From NCBI GenBank assembly GCA_048772705.1, contig JBLWGC010000061.1, positions 13,304-77,303 on the forward strand: a DNA stretch of 64,000 nucleotides, written 5' to 3'. Both the position numbers and the translations under genes were made by a program. This stretch comes from Leidyana gryllorum EB-2025a. Taxonomy: Eukaryota > Protista > Apicomplexa. The notes below the pieces were generated by a model. It saw only the letters and a program-made list of their open reading frames with translations. It was not told where the DNA came from and searched no databases. Numbering within the stretch: position 1 is the first letter of the stretch; each line of letters opens with the position of its first letter. Below are positions 1-8,644 of the stretch, piece after piece.

Positions 1-36
1 GATGAGATAGAGCGTCGGGTCAACCGGCAACCAACG

Positions 37-108
37 GGGCTGTTCTGGGAATCGAACCCAGGACTCCTTCCACCCTAAGGAAGGATCATACCACTAGACC
101 AAACAGCC
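37..108 (-). tRNA. tRNA-Pro(AGG)
   Basis: GGCTGTTTGGTCTAGTGGTATGA..TT-AGG-GT..TTCGATT..AACAGCCC. Confidence 0.9.
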
Positions 109-196
109 GCCTGTCGGTCGTGCAACCCGCTAGGTACACTCGAGAGAGTGGTCATACTACGTGAAGTACCACTCAATGCGATGGGGTCTGCACAGC

Positions 197-269
197 GGGG
201 GACTAGCTCAAATAGTAGAGCGCTCGCTTAGCATGCGAGAGGTACTGGGATCAATGCCCAGGTCGTCCA
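197..269 (+). tRNA. tRNA-Ala(AGC), several substitutions
   Basis: CTCGC-TT-AGC-AT-GCGAG; D-loop, acceptor and T-loop variants. Confidence 0.7.
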
Positions 270-386
270 AAGTACGTACGGCAGCACGGGGCGGGAGCCA
301 AACCCAACCTTACATCTTTGAAGGGTCGCAGACCACAAGTGCCATTGCGAGAGCAGCGCAGTCAATGTTTAGGGTGCCTCTGAAAG

Positions 387-459
387 CGGTCCTGGCAGGT
401 TTCGAACCTGCGACTTTGTGGTTAACAGCCACACGCTCTGCCGACTGAGCTACAAGACC
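387..459 (-). tRNA. tRNA-Asn(GTT)
   Basis: TGTGG-CT-GTT-AA-CCACA; intact cloverleaf. Confidence 0.9.
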
Positions 460-576
460 CAGCTACAATAGTTCAGAGGTTAGTATAGAGATCCTCCTTT
501 TTCTACCACAAGATTCTGCAACCACGTCTTGTCAAGAGGGTACGGCTCTCGGCTAAAGCTGCAGCTGAGGGAGTTG

Positions 577-649
577 TCCACTGTAGTCTAAGTGGCTAGG
601 ATATGCGGCTCTCACCCGCATGACCCGGGTTCAAGTCCCGGCAGTGGAA
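577..649 (+). tRNA. tRNA-Glu(CTC)
   Basis: TGCGG-CT-CTC-AC-CCGCA; intact. Confidence 0.9.
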
Positions 650-726
650 ATATTGCTGAACACGCCACGGACATTCGTTCAGAAAACGGCCGTTACCGTG
701 TACGAGCTTCAACAACAAGGTGTCAC

Positions 727-797
727 GCATCTGTGGTCTAGTGGTAGAATGTCTCGTTGCCATCGAGACGACCCGGGTTCGATTCCCGGCAGATGCA
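727..797 (+). tRNA. tRNA-Gly(GCC)
   Basis: TCTCG-TT-GCC-AT-CGAGA; intact. Confidence 0.9.
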
Positions 798-872
798 GAG
801 CACACATGGTTGCTTTTCCACCATTCAGAAATTCATGCGTGAGTTGGTGTTCAACCCTCCAACCACATCGCA

Positions 873-954
873 CGACAACTGCTGGATTTGAACCAGCGCG
901 GGCCCGGCCCAGTAGATTTCTAGTCTAACCCCTTAACCACTCGGGCAAGTTGCC
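873..954 (-). tRNA. tRNA-Ser(AGA)
   Basis: TAGA-CT-AGA-AA-TCTA; long variable arm; 82 nt. Confidence 0.85.
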
Positions 955-1016
955 GCAGTCGAACTTGGCATTTGGCGGCCAGTGGCTTCAAATACGGTTC
1001 AGCAAGCTTTACTAGG

Positions 1017-1088
1017 ACTGCTCGCGGCGCCCGAACCCGCGGTTCTAACTTCAAAAGTCTTGCGCTCTACCGACGGAGTTGGGGCGGC
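1017..1088 (-). pseudogene. Degenerate tRNA-Lys (recurrent pseudogene family)
   Basis: 5' half matches Lys at 3081-3153; anticodon and T arms broken. Confidence 0.75.
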
Positions 1089-1186
1089 CAGAAAGCTCGG
1101 ACTCGGTAACAAATTCCAGTCGTATTGATGGTGGAATCTTTCCGAGACAGTTCGGCTCTCGGCCGAAGCCTAAACTCGAGCACTTG

Positions 1187-1259
1187 TCCACTGTAGTCTA
1201 AGTGGCTAGGATATGCGGCTCTCACCCGCAAGCTCCGGGCTCAAGTCCCGGCAGTGGAA
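1187..1259 (+). tRNA. tRNA-Glu(CTC), T-loop variant
   Basis: Glu body; GGGCTCAAG B-box variant. Confidence 0.65.
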
Positions 1260-1348
1260 GTCAGTGGTTGAAGTCAGTGGAATACTTGAGCAAAGTGCTC
1301 CAGTAATCCCCGTCAATAGTCACTGATTCGTGATCTTCGGCCTGCATT

Positions 1349-1420
1349 GCCTTCTTAGCTCAGGGGCAGAGCATTCGCTTAGTAAGCGAAAGGTCGCCGG
1401 TTCGTTTCCGGCAGAAGACT
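1349..1420 (+). tRNA. tRNA-Thr(AGT), mutated
   Basis: TTCGC-TT-AGT-AA-GCGAA; T-loop and acceptor substitutions. Confidence 0.65.
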
Positions 1421-1619
1421 TGACTGCATCGACTGGGCACCTGCAAAGCTTAAAGTCTCTCAAGCTCCAATCATCGTAGCTGAGCCTCGTAGCTCAGCCA
1501 GCAGAGGGTAAGTCTCGTAGCCACAAAGTCGCAGACTGGAACCTGCCAGTACCTGAGGCACCCACTAGCTCAAGGCAAACTGCGGCCGGGTCTCGGGGTG
1601 CTGAAGCTCTTTCTCAAGT

Positions 1620-1690
1620 GCACTTGTGGTCCAAGGGTAGGATGCGAGCTTCCCATGCTCGCAGCCCGGGTTCGAGTCCCGGCAGGTGCA
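1620..1690 (+). tRNA. tRNA-Gly(CCC), only intact copy seen
   Basis: CGAGC-TT-CCC-AT-GCTCG; acceptor GCACTTG/CAGGTGC. Confidence 0.88.
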
Positions 1691-1769
1691 GCCGATCGTA
1701 CAGACTTGACCATGGCTGCAACGATATATTCAACATTCCGGGGCGAAGAGCAATGCACTTTAGACGGCT

Positions 1770-1841
1770 TGTCCGAGCCAGGAATCGAGCCTGGGTTTGC
1801 ACGGCCACAACGTGCTGTCCTAACCACTAGACGACTCGGAC
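1770..1841 (-). tRNA. tRNA-His(GTG)
   Basis: GCACG-TT-GTG-GC-CGTGC; T-loop CTCGATT. Confidence 0.8.
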
Positions 1842-2184
1842 AATCTTTGAGCGAGACTGTAGAGGTAGCGAAGCATCGATCAGGATGGAATGGAACAGGA
1901 GCGTCAGACAAACTACGTTGTAAGAAGTCCACTCCTCAACTCCCGGTGGGACGGAATTTGCTCGTCGAATATCTGATGCCACCACTACCATCAGATGCGT
2001 TGCCATCTAAGCAACTCGGGCCGTTAGAGTACTTCGGGGCGGTACACCGCAGGTCGTGCAATCTTACCGGAACCCGAGTCTGGCACCTTCGAGCACCCCG
2101 AAATCCGTGCCGTACTTCTGAGCTTGAGAGCGCCACTGTTGAGGGTCTGAGGTTGAGCCTTCGAACCTCGCAGCAGTTGGACGG

Positions 2185-2264
2185 CCGGGGGTAGCTCAGT
2201 TGGTAGAGCATCTGACTGTGGTGCTGGCATCAGGTAGTCGGCGGTTTGATTCCGTCCCACGGGA
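2185..2264 (+). pseudogene. tRNA-Tyr-derived, anticodon GTG, with intron
   Basis: Tyr body with GTA>GTG, T-loop TTTGA and acceptor mismatch. Confidence 0.75.
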
Positions 2265-2776
2265 AGTAGAGTGGTGGTTGGCAGACTGCTACTCAACCTG
2301 ATGGGTTTTGGCAGACATCGTTGATGGGCCAATTGGAATGAATCTGGCGAAGAGTCCATGCATATACAACTCAAATCTTGTCTTAGCTGTCGCAGCAGCA
2401 TATCTTAGACAACCTTGAAGAGACGTGGCGTATTAAGTCAACAACTGACAGACGGGCTGTTCTGGGAATCAAACCCAGCACTCCTTCCAGCCAAGGAAGG
2501 ATCATACCACTAGACCAAACAGCCGACTGGTCGGTGGTGCGAATTGCTGGTAGAGTCGGGAGACTGGTCAATGTCAAGAACCACCAAATGCTATGGGGTC
2601 TGCACAGCGGGCGACTAGCTCAAATGATATAGCACTCGCTTAACATGCGAGAGATACTGGGATCGATTTCCAGGTCGTCCAAAGTACGTACGGCTGCACG
2701 TGGCGGGAGTCACTCTGAAGGGTCGCAGACCACAAGTGCGAGAGAAGGGCAGTCAGTGTCTGGGGTGCCTCTGAAA

Positions 2777-2849
2777 CGGTCCTGGCAGGTTTCGAACCTG
2801 CGACTTTGTGGTTAACAGCCACACGCTCTGCCGACTGAGCTACAAGACT
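2777..2849 (-). tRNA. tRNA-Asn(GTT)
   Basis: Intact except G1>A. Confidence 0.78.
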
Positions 2850-2960
2850 CAGCTACAATGTTTCAGAGGTTGGTAGAGAGACCCTCCTCTTTCTACCGCA
2901 GGATTCTGCAACCTTGCAAGAGGGTACGGCTCTCGGCGAAAGCTGCAGCTGAGGGAGTTG

Positions 2961-3033
2961 TCCACTGTAGTCTAAGTGGCTAGGATATGCGGCTCTCACC
3001 CGCACGATCCGGGTTCAAGTCCCGGCAGTGGAA
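2961..3033 (+). tRNA. tRNA-Glu(CTC)
   Basis: Intact cloverleaf. Confidence 0.9.
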
Positions 3034-3080
3034 ATCCAGCTGAGTGTGCTTCCATTCTTACTTCCAGGGAAATAGATCCA

Positions 3081-3153
3081 CACCGCCCGCGGGGCTCGAA
3101 CCCGCGACTGCAAGATTAAGAGTCTTGCGCTCTACCGACTGAGCTAGGGCGGC
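3081..3153 (-). tRNA. tRNA-Lys(CTT)
   Basis: CAAGA-CT-CTT-AA-TCTTG; intact. Confidence 0.9.
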
Positions 3154-3569
3154 AGGAAACCAAGGACACAAAACTCGATAGCCTGACATCTAAAGTGGCT
3201 TTGGTACCCGATTGTCCGGGTCGTCTAGTGCTTACAACAACCCAGCCCGAATCCTGGCTTCGATAGTATGTCCCCGATGTCTCGAATGCGAGATGTAGGT
3301 GAAGTTTGTCCGAACCCAGGATCGGGCGTAGCTGCCCTCCTCTCTTGATCGCTACACACTTCCATTTGACGGCTCCGTTAGTCGGCGCTATGGCCTAATG
3401 GATATGGCATCGGTCTACGGAACCGGGGATTCTGGGGTCGAGTCACGGTAGCGTCTGGGGGAATGACCGGGTTGCAGCCTGTTGAGTCAACAACTCAGAT
3501 CCTGTCTTAGCTGTCAGGGACGTTGTCGGGGATGGGTCGAGTGCCGTGTTGGGTCAACAACTATCAGAC

Positions 3570-3641
3570 GGGCTGTTCTGGGAATCGAACCCAGGACTCT
3601 TTCCACCCTAAGGAAGGATCATACCACCAGACCAAACAGCC
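3570..3641 (-). tRNA. tRNA-Pro(AGG)
   Basis: Pro body with 2 substitutions. Confidence 0.72.
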
Positions 3642-3905
3642 GCCTAGTCGGTGGTTCAACCTGCTGGGTACAGTCGAGAGACTCGTCTCACTATGTGAAG
3701 TATCCCTCAATGCCACGAGGTAGGCACAGAGGGAGGCTAGCCCAGATGATGAAACGGTGCTTAGTGCACGAAAGGTTGTGGGATCGATTCTCAGCCCATC
3801 CAAACTAGATAGGTGGAACCCTCGCTGGAGTAGTCTAGTTGGCCTATCAACGCTGTCTGCCAAAACCATCGGGTTGAGTAGTACTTTGCCAATCACCACT
3901 CTACT

Positions 3906-3985
3906 TCTGGTGGGACGGAATCGAACCGCCGACTATCTGATGCCAGCACTACAGTCAGATGCTCTACCAACTGAGCTACCCCCGG
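3906..3985 (-). tRNA. tRNA-Tyr(GTA) with 7-nt intron
   Basis: TCTGA-CT-GTA-G[TGCTGGC]A-TCAGA. Confidence 0.78.
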
Positions 3986-4177
3986 CCGTCCAACTGCTCC
4001 GGGGGTCCGAAAGGCTCAACCCGAGATCCTCGCCCTTTCGGACTGCGGTCTGAGCACAGCGCCTCAGACAACTCGGCCATCTTGCCACAGTGTTGTTGGT
4101 TCATCGCTCCACGCGTTTTTTGTCCGTGAGCCAAAATACAAAGACTTCTGGGATTGGAGGCCGGCGTGTTCAGAGCG

Positions 4178-4249
4178 TCCGAGATAGTATAGTGGTTAGC
4201 ATTTCCGCCTGTCACGCGGAAGACCCGGGTTCGATTCCCGGTCTCGGAG
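4178..4249 (+). tRNA. tRNA-Asp(GTC)
   Basis: TCCGC-CT-GTC-AC-GCGGA; intact. Confidence 0.9.
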
Positions 4250-4438
4250 CACAGGTGGTTTCGCTTAAGATTCTCTCCTTTGGTTCTCGCTGAAAGTTGG
4301 GAGTTACACCACCGAGGATTCACCTCAGACTTTCTGCGTGCGAAGCAGACGTCGTAACCACTAGACCATAGCTGCACGGATGGTGCCCGCAGCCCAAGAG
4401 AAGTGGCGAAGTTTCAGGAGTAGTGAGGACCAGTTCCA

Positions 4439-4510
4439 AGGTCGCGCCGGAAATCGAACCCAGGTCGGGAGATTCAAAGTCTCCAGTGCTAACCACTACA
4501 CCACGCAACC
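4439..4510 (-). tRNA. tRNA-Gln(TTG)
   Basis: GGAGA-CT-TTG-AA-TCTCC. Confidence 0.85.
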
Positions 4511-4750
4511 GAACCAGCCCTTCTTCAAGAGTTGATTGAGCCATCCGGACCGGAGCTTCCCCACACATGCAAAACGGGTTTTTCCACTAACCTCCAAATA
4601 TTCAACTGGCTCTTGTAGCGCAGTCGGCAAAGCGTGTGATTGTTAAATACCAAGTCGCAGGTCCGCGGTCTACGGCATCCTGGACCATATTGCGATGCCA
4701 AAGTCTATCCAAGGGCTACAGGGCACCCTTCATAGGTCGTAACTCGTGGC

Positions 4751-5352
4751 TGTTGTAACCCCAAGTCGCTACTCAAGGGGAACGAGGCCCAGTTCTCATC
4801 TCTGCATACTTTCGACCACAAGTCAGACTTAGAACCAAGTTAATATTTTTGCCGACAAGTCTACCACGAATATGTCGCACACGACGGCGCAAAACAAGAA
4901 CCACGACTTGTTGTACCAAGTGCAAAAGTTATCTTAGGCCGCCTCTTGCCTAGTCCAACTCTGACTTAGCCAACTTTGCTTGCGTGTGTCCCTCACTCTG
5001 GTGTCTCTCTCACTCTACCCATGTGTCAGTCGCTCGCACTCTTGCGGAGCCTCGCGCTGGACACACACGGTAGTTCTCCCCGACACCACACTCTGATCAT
5101 TCATGCGAGTGTCTGCACAGTTACACTGTCACAGAGAGTTCAGACCGCTAGGGTGCATGAGCCTTTACGCTTTAGTAGTAGTTGCTTTACGTTGGTTAAT
5201 AATGCCTTTTCACCATCTTATACATGCCCCTATATAAGTGCCAAATATGTAGGGAAGTATCCAGATGGATGTTAATTCGATTGGAAATTTCACCAAGTCG
5301 AATTTGGCAACCCGATAGGAAGTTGACCATCAGGCAAACACGAACTACAACA
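4751..5352. mobile_element. Solo LTR (602 bp), Ty1/copia-like termini
   Basis: Starts TGTTGTA, ends TACAACA (7-bp terminal IR); GTGGC direct repeat at 4746-4750 and 5353-5357; TATATAA at ~5231; absent from homologous spacers at ~12790, ~28290, ~50800. Confidence 0.9.
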
Positions 5353-5388
5353 GTGGCTAAATACCGGCAGGTGCCGTCGTACGAAGTT

Positions 5389-5461
5389 TGGACGACCTGG
5401 GCATCGATCCCAGTACCTCTCGCATGCTAAGCGAGTGCTCTACCATGTGAGCTAGTCGCCC
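5389..5461 (-). tRNA. tRNA-Ala(AGC)
   Basis: Ala body; 3' end ~36 bp from the solo LTR. Confidence 0.78.
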
Positions 5462-5549
5462 GCTGTGCAGACCGCATCGCATTTCTTGGTTCTCGACATA
5501 GTATGACCACTCTCTCGACTGCACCCAACGGATTGCACCACCGACAGGC

Positions 5550-5621
5550 GGCTGTTTGGTCTAGTGGTATGATTCTTCCTTCGGGTGGAAGAAGTCCTGG
5601 GTTCGATTCCCAAAACAGCCC
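5550..5621 (+). tRNA. tRNA-Pro(CGG)
   Basis: CTTCC-TT-CGG-GT-GGAAG. Confidence 0.8.
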
Positions 5622-5697
5622 GCTTTGTTGTATCTTGACCCAACCTGCCTGGCAGCATGGTTCTGGGTTCGGGTGATTCCTCGGAGAAATTCGGAGG

Positions 5698-5770
5698 GGG
5701 AGTGTATCTCAGTCGGTAGTGCGTAGGTCTCATAATCCTGAAGTCGGGAGTTCGATCCTCTCCACTCCCA
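5698..5770 (+). tRNA. tRNA-Met(CAT) elongator, D-arm mutated
   Basis: TAGGT-CT-CAT-AA-TCCTG. Confidence 0.62.
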
Positions 5771-5951
5771 CGGTCGGAATCGAAACCGCCGACAAACTCA
5801 TCATGCTATCGTTTTGCATCTGTCGGGAATCGCACACAGGTTATCTCGATGGCAGCGAGCGACTCTTCCACCAGATCACAGATGCAGAACACGATCTTGT
5901 GAATCTTGCGCGTGGTGACAGCCATTCCTCTTAAGCCTATCGATGCATCAA

Positions 5952-6023
5952 AGCCTTCTGCCGGAATCGAACCGGCGACTTCTCGCTGACGAAGCGAATG
6001 CTCTGCCTCTAAGCTAAGAAGGC
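5952..6023 (-). tRNA. tRNA-Thr(CGT) variant
   Basis: Loop TT-CGT-CA. Confidence 0.68.
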
Positions 6024-6243
6024 AATGCAGGCCGAAGATCACGAATCAGATACTATTGACGGAGATTGCTGGGCACTTTGCTCGAGTATTCCACCGACCT
6101 CAACCACTGACTTCCACCGGACTTGAGCCCGGAGCTTGCGGGTGAGGCCGCATGTCCTAGCCACTCAGACTACAGTGGACAACATTCCACAGCGAAGGCA
6201 GCTAGTCAGCCAAATCATCGAAGTAAAGTGCTGAGCATTTGGC

Positions 6244-6316
6244 TACCTACGGCGAGACTCGAACTCGCAGCCTTTGGATTAGAAGTCCAACGCGCTATCC
6301 ATTGCGCCACATGGGC
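6244..6316 (-). tRNA. tRNA-Arg(TCT), acceptor variant
   Basis: TTGGA-CT-TCT-AA-TCCAA. Confidence 0.75.
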
Positions 6317-6406
6317 CGCGGCTTTTCCGACTAAATTGAAATAACAACATTCACATTTTTGGACCACGCGTCAGCCGTTTCTCTGCAGCCAAAGTTGCAT
6401 GGAGTT

Positions 6407-6479
6407 TGGACGACCTGGGTATTGATCCCAGTACCTCTCGCATGCAAAGCGAGCGCTCTACCATCTGAGCTAGCCGCCC
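6407..6479 (-). tRNA. tRNA-Ala(TGC)
   Basis: CTCGC-TT-TGC-AT-GCGAG. Confidence 0.8.
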
Positions 6480-6537
6480 AGGCGCACAGATGAGAAGCTA
6501 TGGCATCCAGTGGGTGACCAAGCGCCCATACAACGGC

Positions 6538-6617
6538 TGACAAGAGTGGGATTCGAACCCACGCCCTTTCGGACTGCGGCCTTAACACAGCGCCTTAGAC
6601 CACTCGGCCATCTTGCC
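6538..6617 (-). tRNA. tRNA-Leu(AAG)
   Basis: CTGTG-TT-AAG-GC-CGCAG; variable arm; intact. Confidence 0.9.
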
Positions 6618-7223
6618 GGAGTGTGTTTGGCTCGCCGTTCCACCCATTTCCTGTCGGTGAAATCTCAAAATGCGAGGACTTCTGAGGCTGAAGGCCGGCG
6701 TGTTGACGAGCGTGCGAGATTAAGTAGTGGTCAGTATTTCCGCCTGTCACGCGGAACACCCGGGTTCGATTCTTGGAGCAGTTCCAGCCCTCACAGCTGC
6801 TGCAACTCAGATTTTGCCTCAGCTGGTCTGGACTTCATCCGGGATGGTACGAGTGGGAGCCGCGTATAGTAGCCGACCTTGGAGAGACGTGGCATTGAAG
6901 CCAGGACTTCTTCCACCCGAAGAAAGAACCATATAGCTAGACCAAACAGCCCCCTGTGGGTGCCTCAGGTACTGGCAGGTTCTAAACCTGCGACTTCGTG
7001 GCTAAGAGACTTACCTCTGATGGCTGAGCTACGATGATTGGAGTTTGCGAGCAGCTTGCAGGTGCCCAGTCGATGCAGTCGGGCCTTCTGCCGGAAAAGA
7101 ACCGGCGACCTTTCGCTTACTAAGCGAATGCTCTGCCCCTGAGCTAAGAAGGCAATGCAGGCCGAAGATCACGAATCAGTCACTATTGACGGGGATTGCT
7201 GGAGCACTTCGTGCTCCAGTAGC

Positions 7224-7296
7224 TTCCACTGCCGGGACTTGAACCCGCATCGCGCGGGTGAGAGCCGCATATCCTAGCCACTTAGACTACAGTGGA
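7224..7296 (-). tRNA. tRNA-Glu(CTC)
   Basis: Glu body, T-stem variant. Confidence 0.7.
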
Positions 7297-7436
7297 CAAG
7301 TGCCCGAGTTGAGGCTTTGGACGAGAGCCGTACCGTCTTGAGATCAGGTGGAGGGTTGGGTCAAGCGACGACGAACGGGCTCATCGGATACGTGTGTCCA
7401 AAGACACACGCCCCTTTCACAGCCCGGAAGCTCCGT

Positions 7437-7509
7437 GCAGCCATGGTCTAGTGGTCACGACGTCTGCTTTACACGCAGAAGGTCCCGAGTTCGATCCTCG
7501 GTGGCTGTA
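7437..7509 (+). tRNA. tRNA-Val(TAC)
   Basis: TCTGC-TT-TAC-AC-GCAGA; intact. Confidence 0.85.
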
Positions 7510-7568
7510 GCTCGCAACTTTCAGCGGGAACCAAAGGGGAGAATCTTAAGCGAAACCAACTAAGTGTG

Positions 7569-7640
7569 CTCCGAGACCGGGAATCGAACCCGGGTCTTCC
7601 GCGTGACAGGCGGAAATACTCACCACTATACTATCTCGGA
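7569..7640 (-). tRNA. tRNA-Asp(GTC)
   Basis: Intact. Confidence 0.88.
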
Positions 7641-7848
7641 CACTCCGAGCACGCCGGCCTCCAACCCCAAAAGTCCTTTCATTTTGAGATTCCAAGGATA
7701 GAAAACGCGTGGAGCGGCGAGCCAACAACGCCCCGTGAACATGGCCGAGTGGTCTAAGGCGCTGTGCGCACACCGGAGTCCGAGAGGGCGTGGGTTCGAA
7801 TCCCACTTTTGTCAGGTTACGCCCTAAACGGGAAAAACATAGTCTGAG

Positions 7849-7920
7849 TGGGCCCAGAGTGATTTGAACACACAACCTTCTGATCTGAAGTCAGACGCGC
7901 TACCGTTGCGCCATAGGCCC
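7849..7920 (-). tRNA. tRNA-Trp body with TCA (opal) anticodon
   Basis: TCTGA-CT-TCA-GA-TCAGA; acceptor GGGCCTA/TGGGCCC; one T-stem mismatch. Confidence 0.7.
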
Positions 7921-7984
7921 AAAAACATCCCCCGTTCCAGACTCATTGCCTTGTGGTCAGGAGTGGAGGTTTCATTCCATCTTC

Positions 7985-8071
7985 AGGGCACGCGCGGAGC
8001 TGAACCGCGGACTTGCTGATCTGCAGTCTGCTGATCTGCAGTCAACTGCTCTGCCACTGAGCTTCGTACCC
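7985..8071 (-). pseudogene. tRNA-Cys(GCA) with 15-nt duplication of the anticodon arm
   Basis: TGCTGATCTGCAGTC twice in tandem; 87 nt vs 72. Confidence 0.82.
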
Positions 8072-8427
8072 AGAACTGCCCCTCATACTCGCTCAACTCG
8101 ATTCTGTCTTCTCATTTGAAGCAAAACGGCCGTGCACGTCGTGACCACTAGACCATGGCTGCACGGAAGGTCCCGCAGACCAAGAGGAGTGGTGAGGTTT
8201 CACAAAGTAGTGCATTTGGCCATGTGGCCAGCTCGCTCTCTGTCCCGTCACTCCAACCTTTGTAGTCTGTTGGGCTGACACGCGGCTCCCACATACTACG
8301 GAAGTTCCAGCTCTGGGAGTAGAGCCACTTCACATGTCAGGCTATCGGGTTTTGTGCCCTTTGATCCATCGATAGGCTGTCTAACAACGGCTGTCACCAC
8401 GTACAAAATGCAGCAAGATTATGTTCT

Positions 8428-8498
8428 GCATCTGTGGTCTAGTGGTAGAATGTCTCGTTGCCATCGAGACGACCCGGGTTCGATTCCCGGCAGATGCA
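8428..8498 (+). tRNA. tRNA-Gly(GCC)
   Basis: Intact. Confidence 0.9.
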
Positions 8499-8562
8499 GA
8501 TGAGATAGCACATGGTTGAGTTTCATGCGTGAGTTGTTGTCTGCCCCTCCAATCAGACCACA

Positions 8563-8644
8563 CGACAACTGCTGGATTTGAACCAGCGCGGGCCAGGCCC
8601 AGTAGATTTCTAGTCTACCCCCTTAATCAGTCGGGCAAGTTGCC
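8563..8644 (-). tRNA. tRNA-Ser(AGA)
   Basis: Ser body, D-loop variant. Confidence 0.7.

Noticed and set aside
74-79. Telomere-like TTAGGG/CCCTAA hexamers
   Set aside because: Isolated matches from the Pro(AGG) anticodon loop and Thr D-arm, never in tandem.
4976-5275. 99-aa ORF inside the non-tRNA island
   Set aside because: Lies within the solo LTR, starts at TTG and has no gag/pol motifs.
7849-7920. Selenocysteine tRNA
   Set aside because: UCA anticodon, but a 72-nt Trp body with no extended acceptor or long variable arm.
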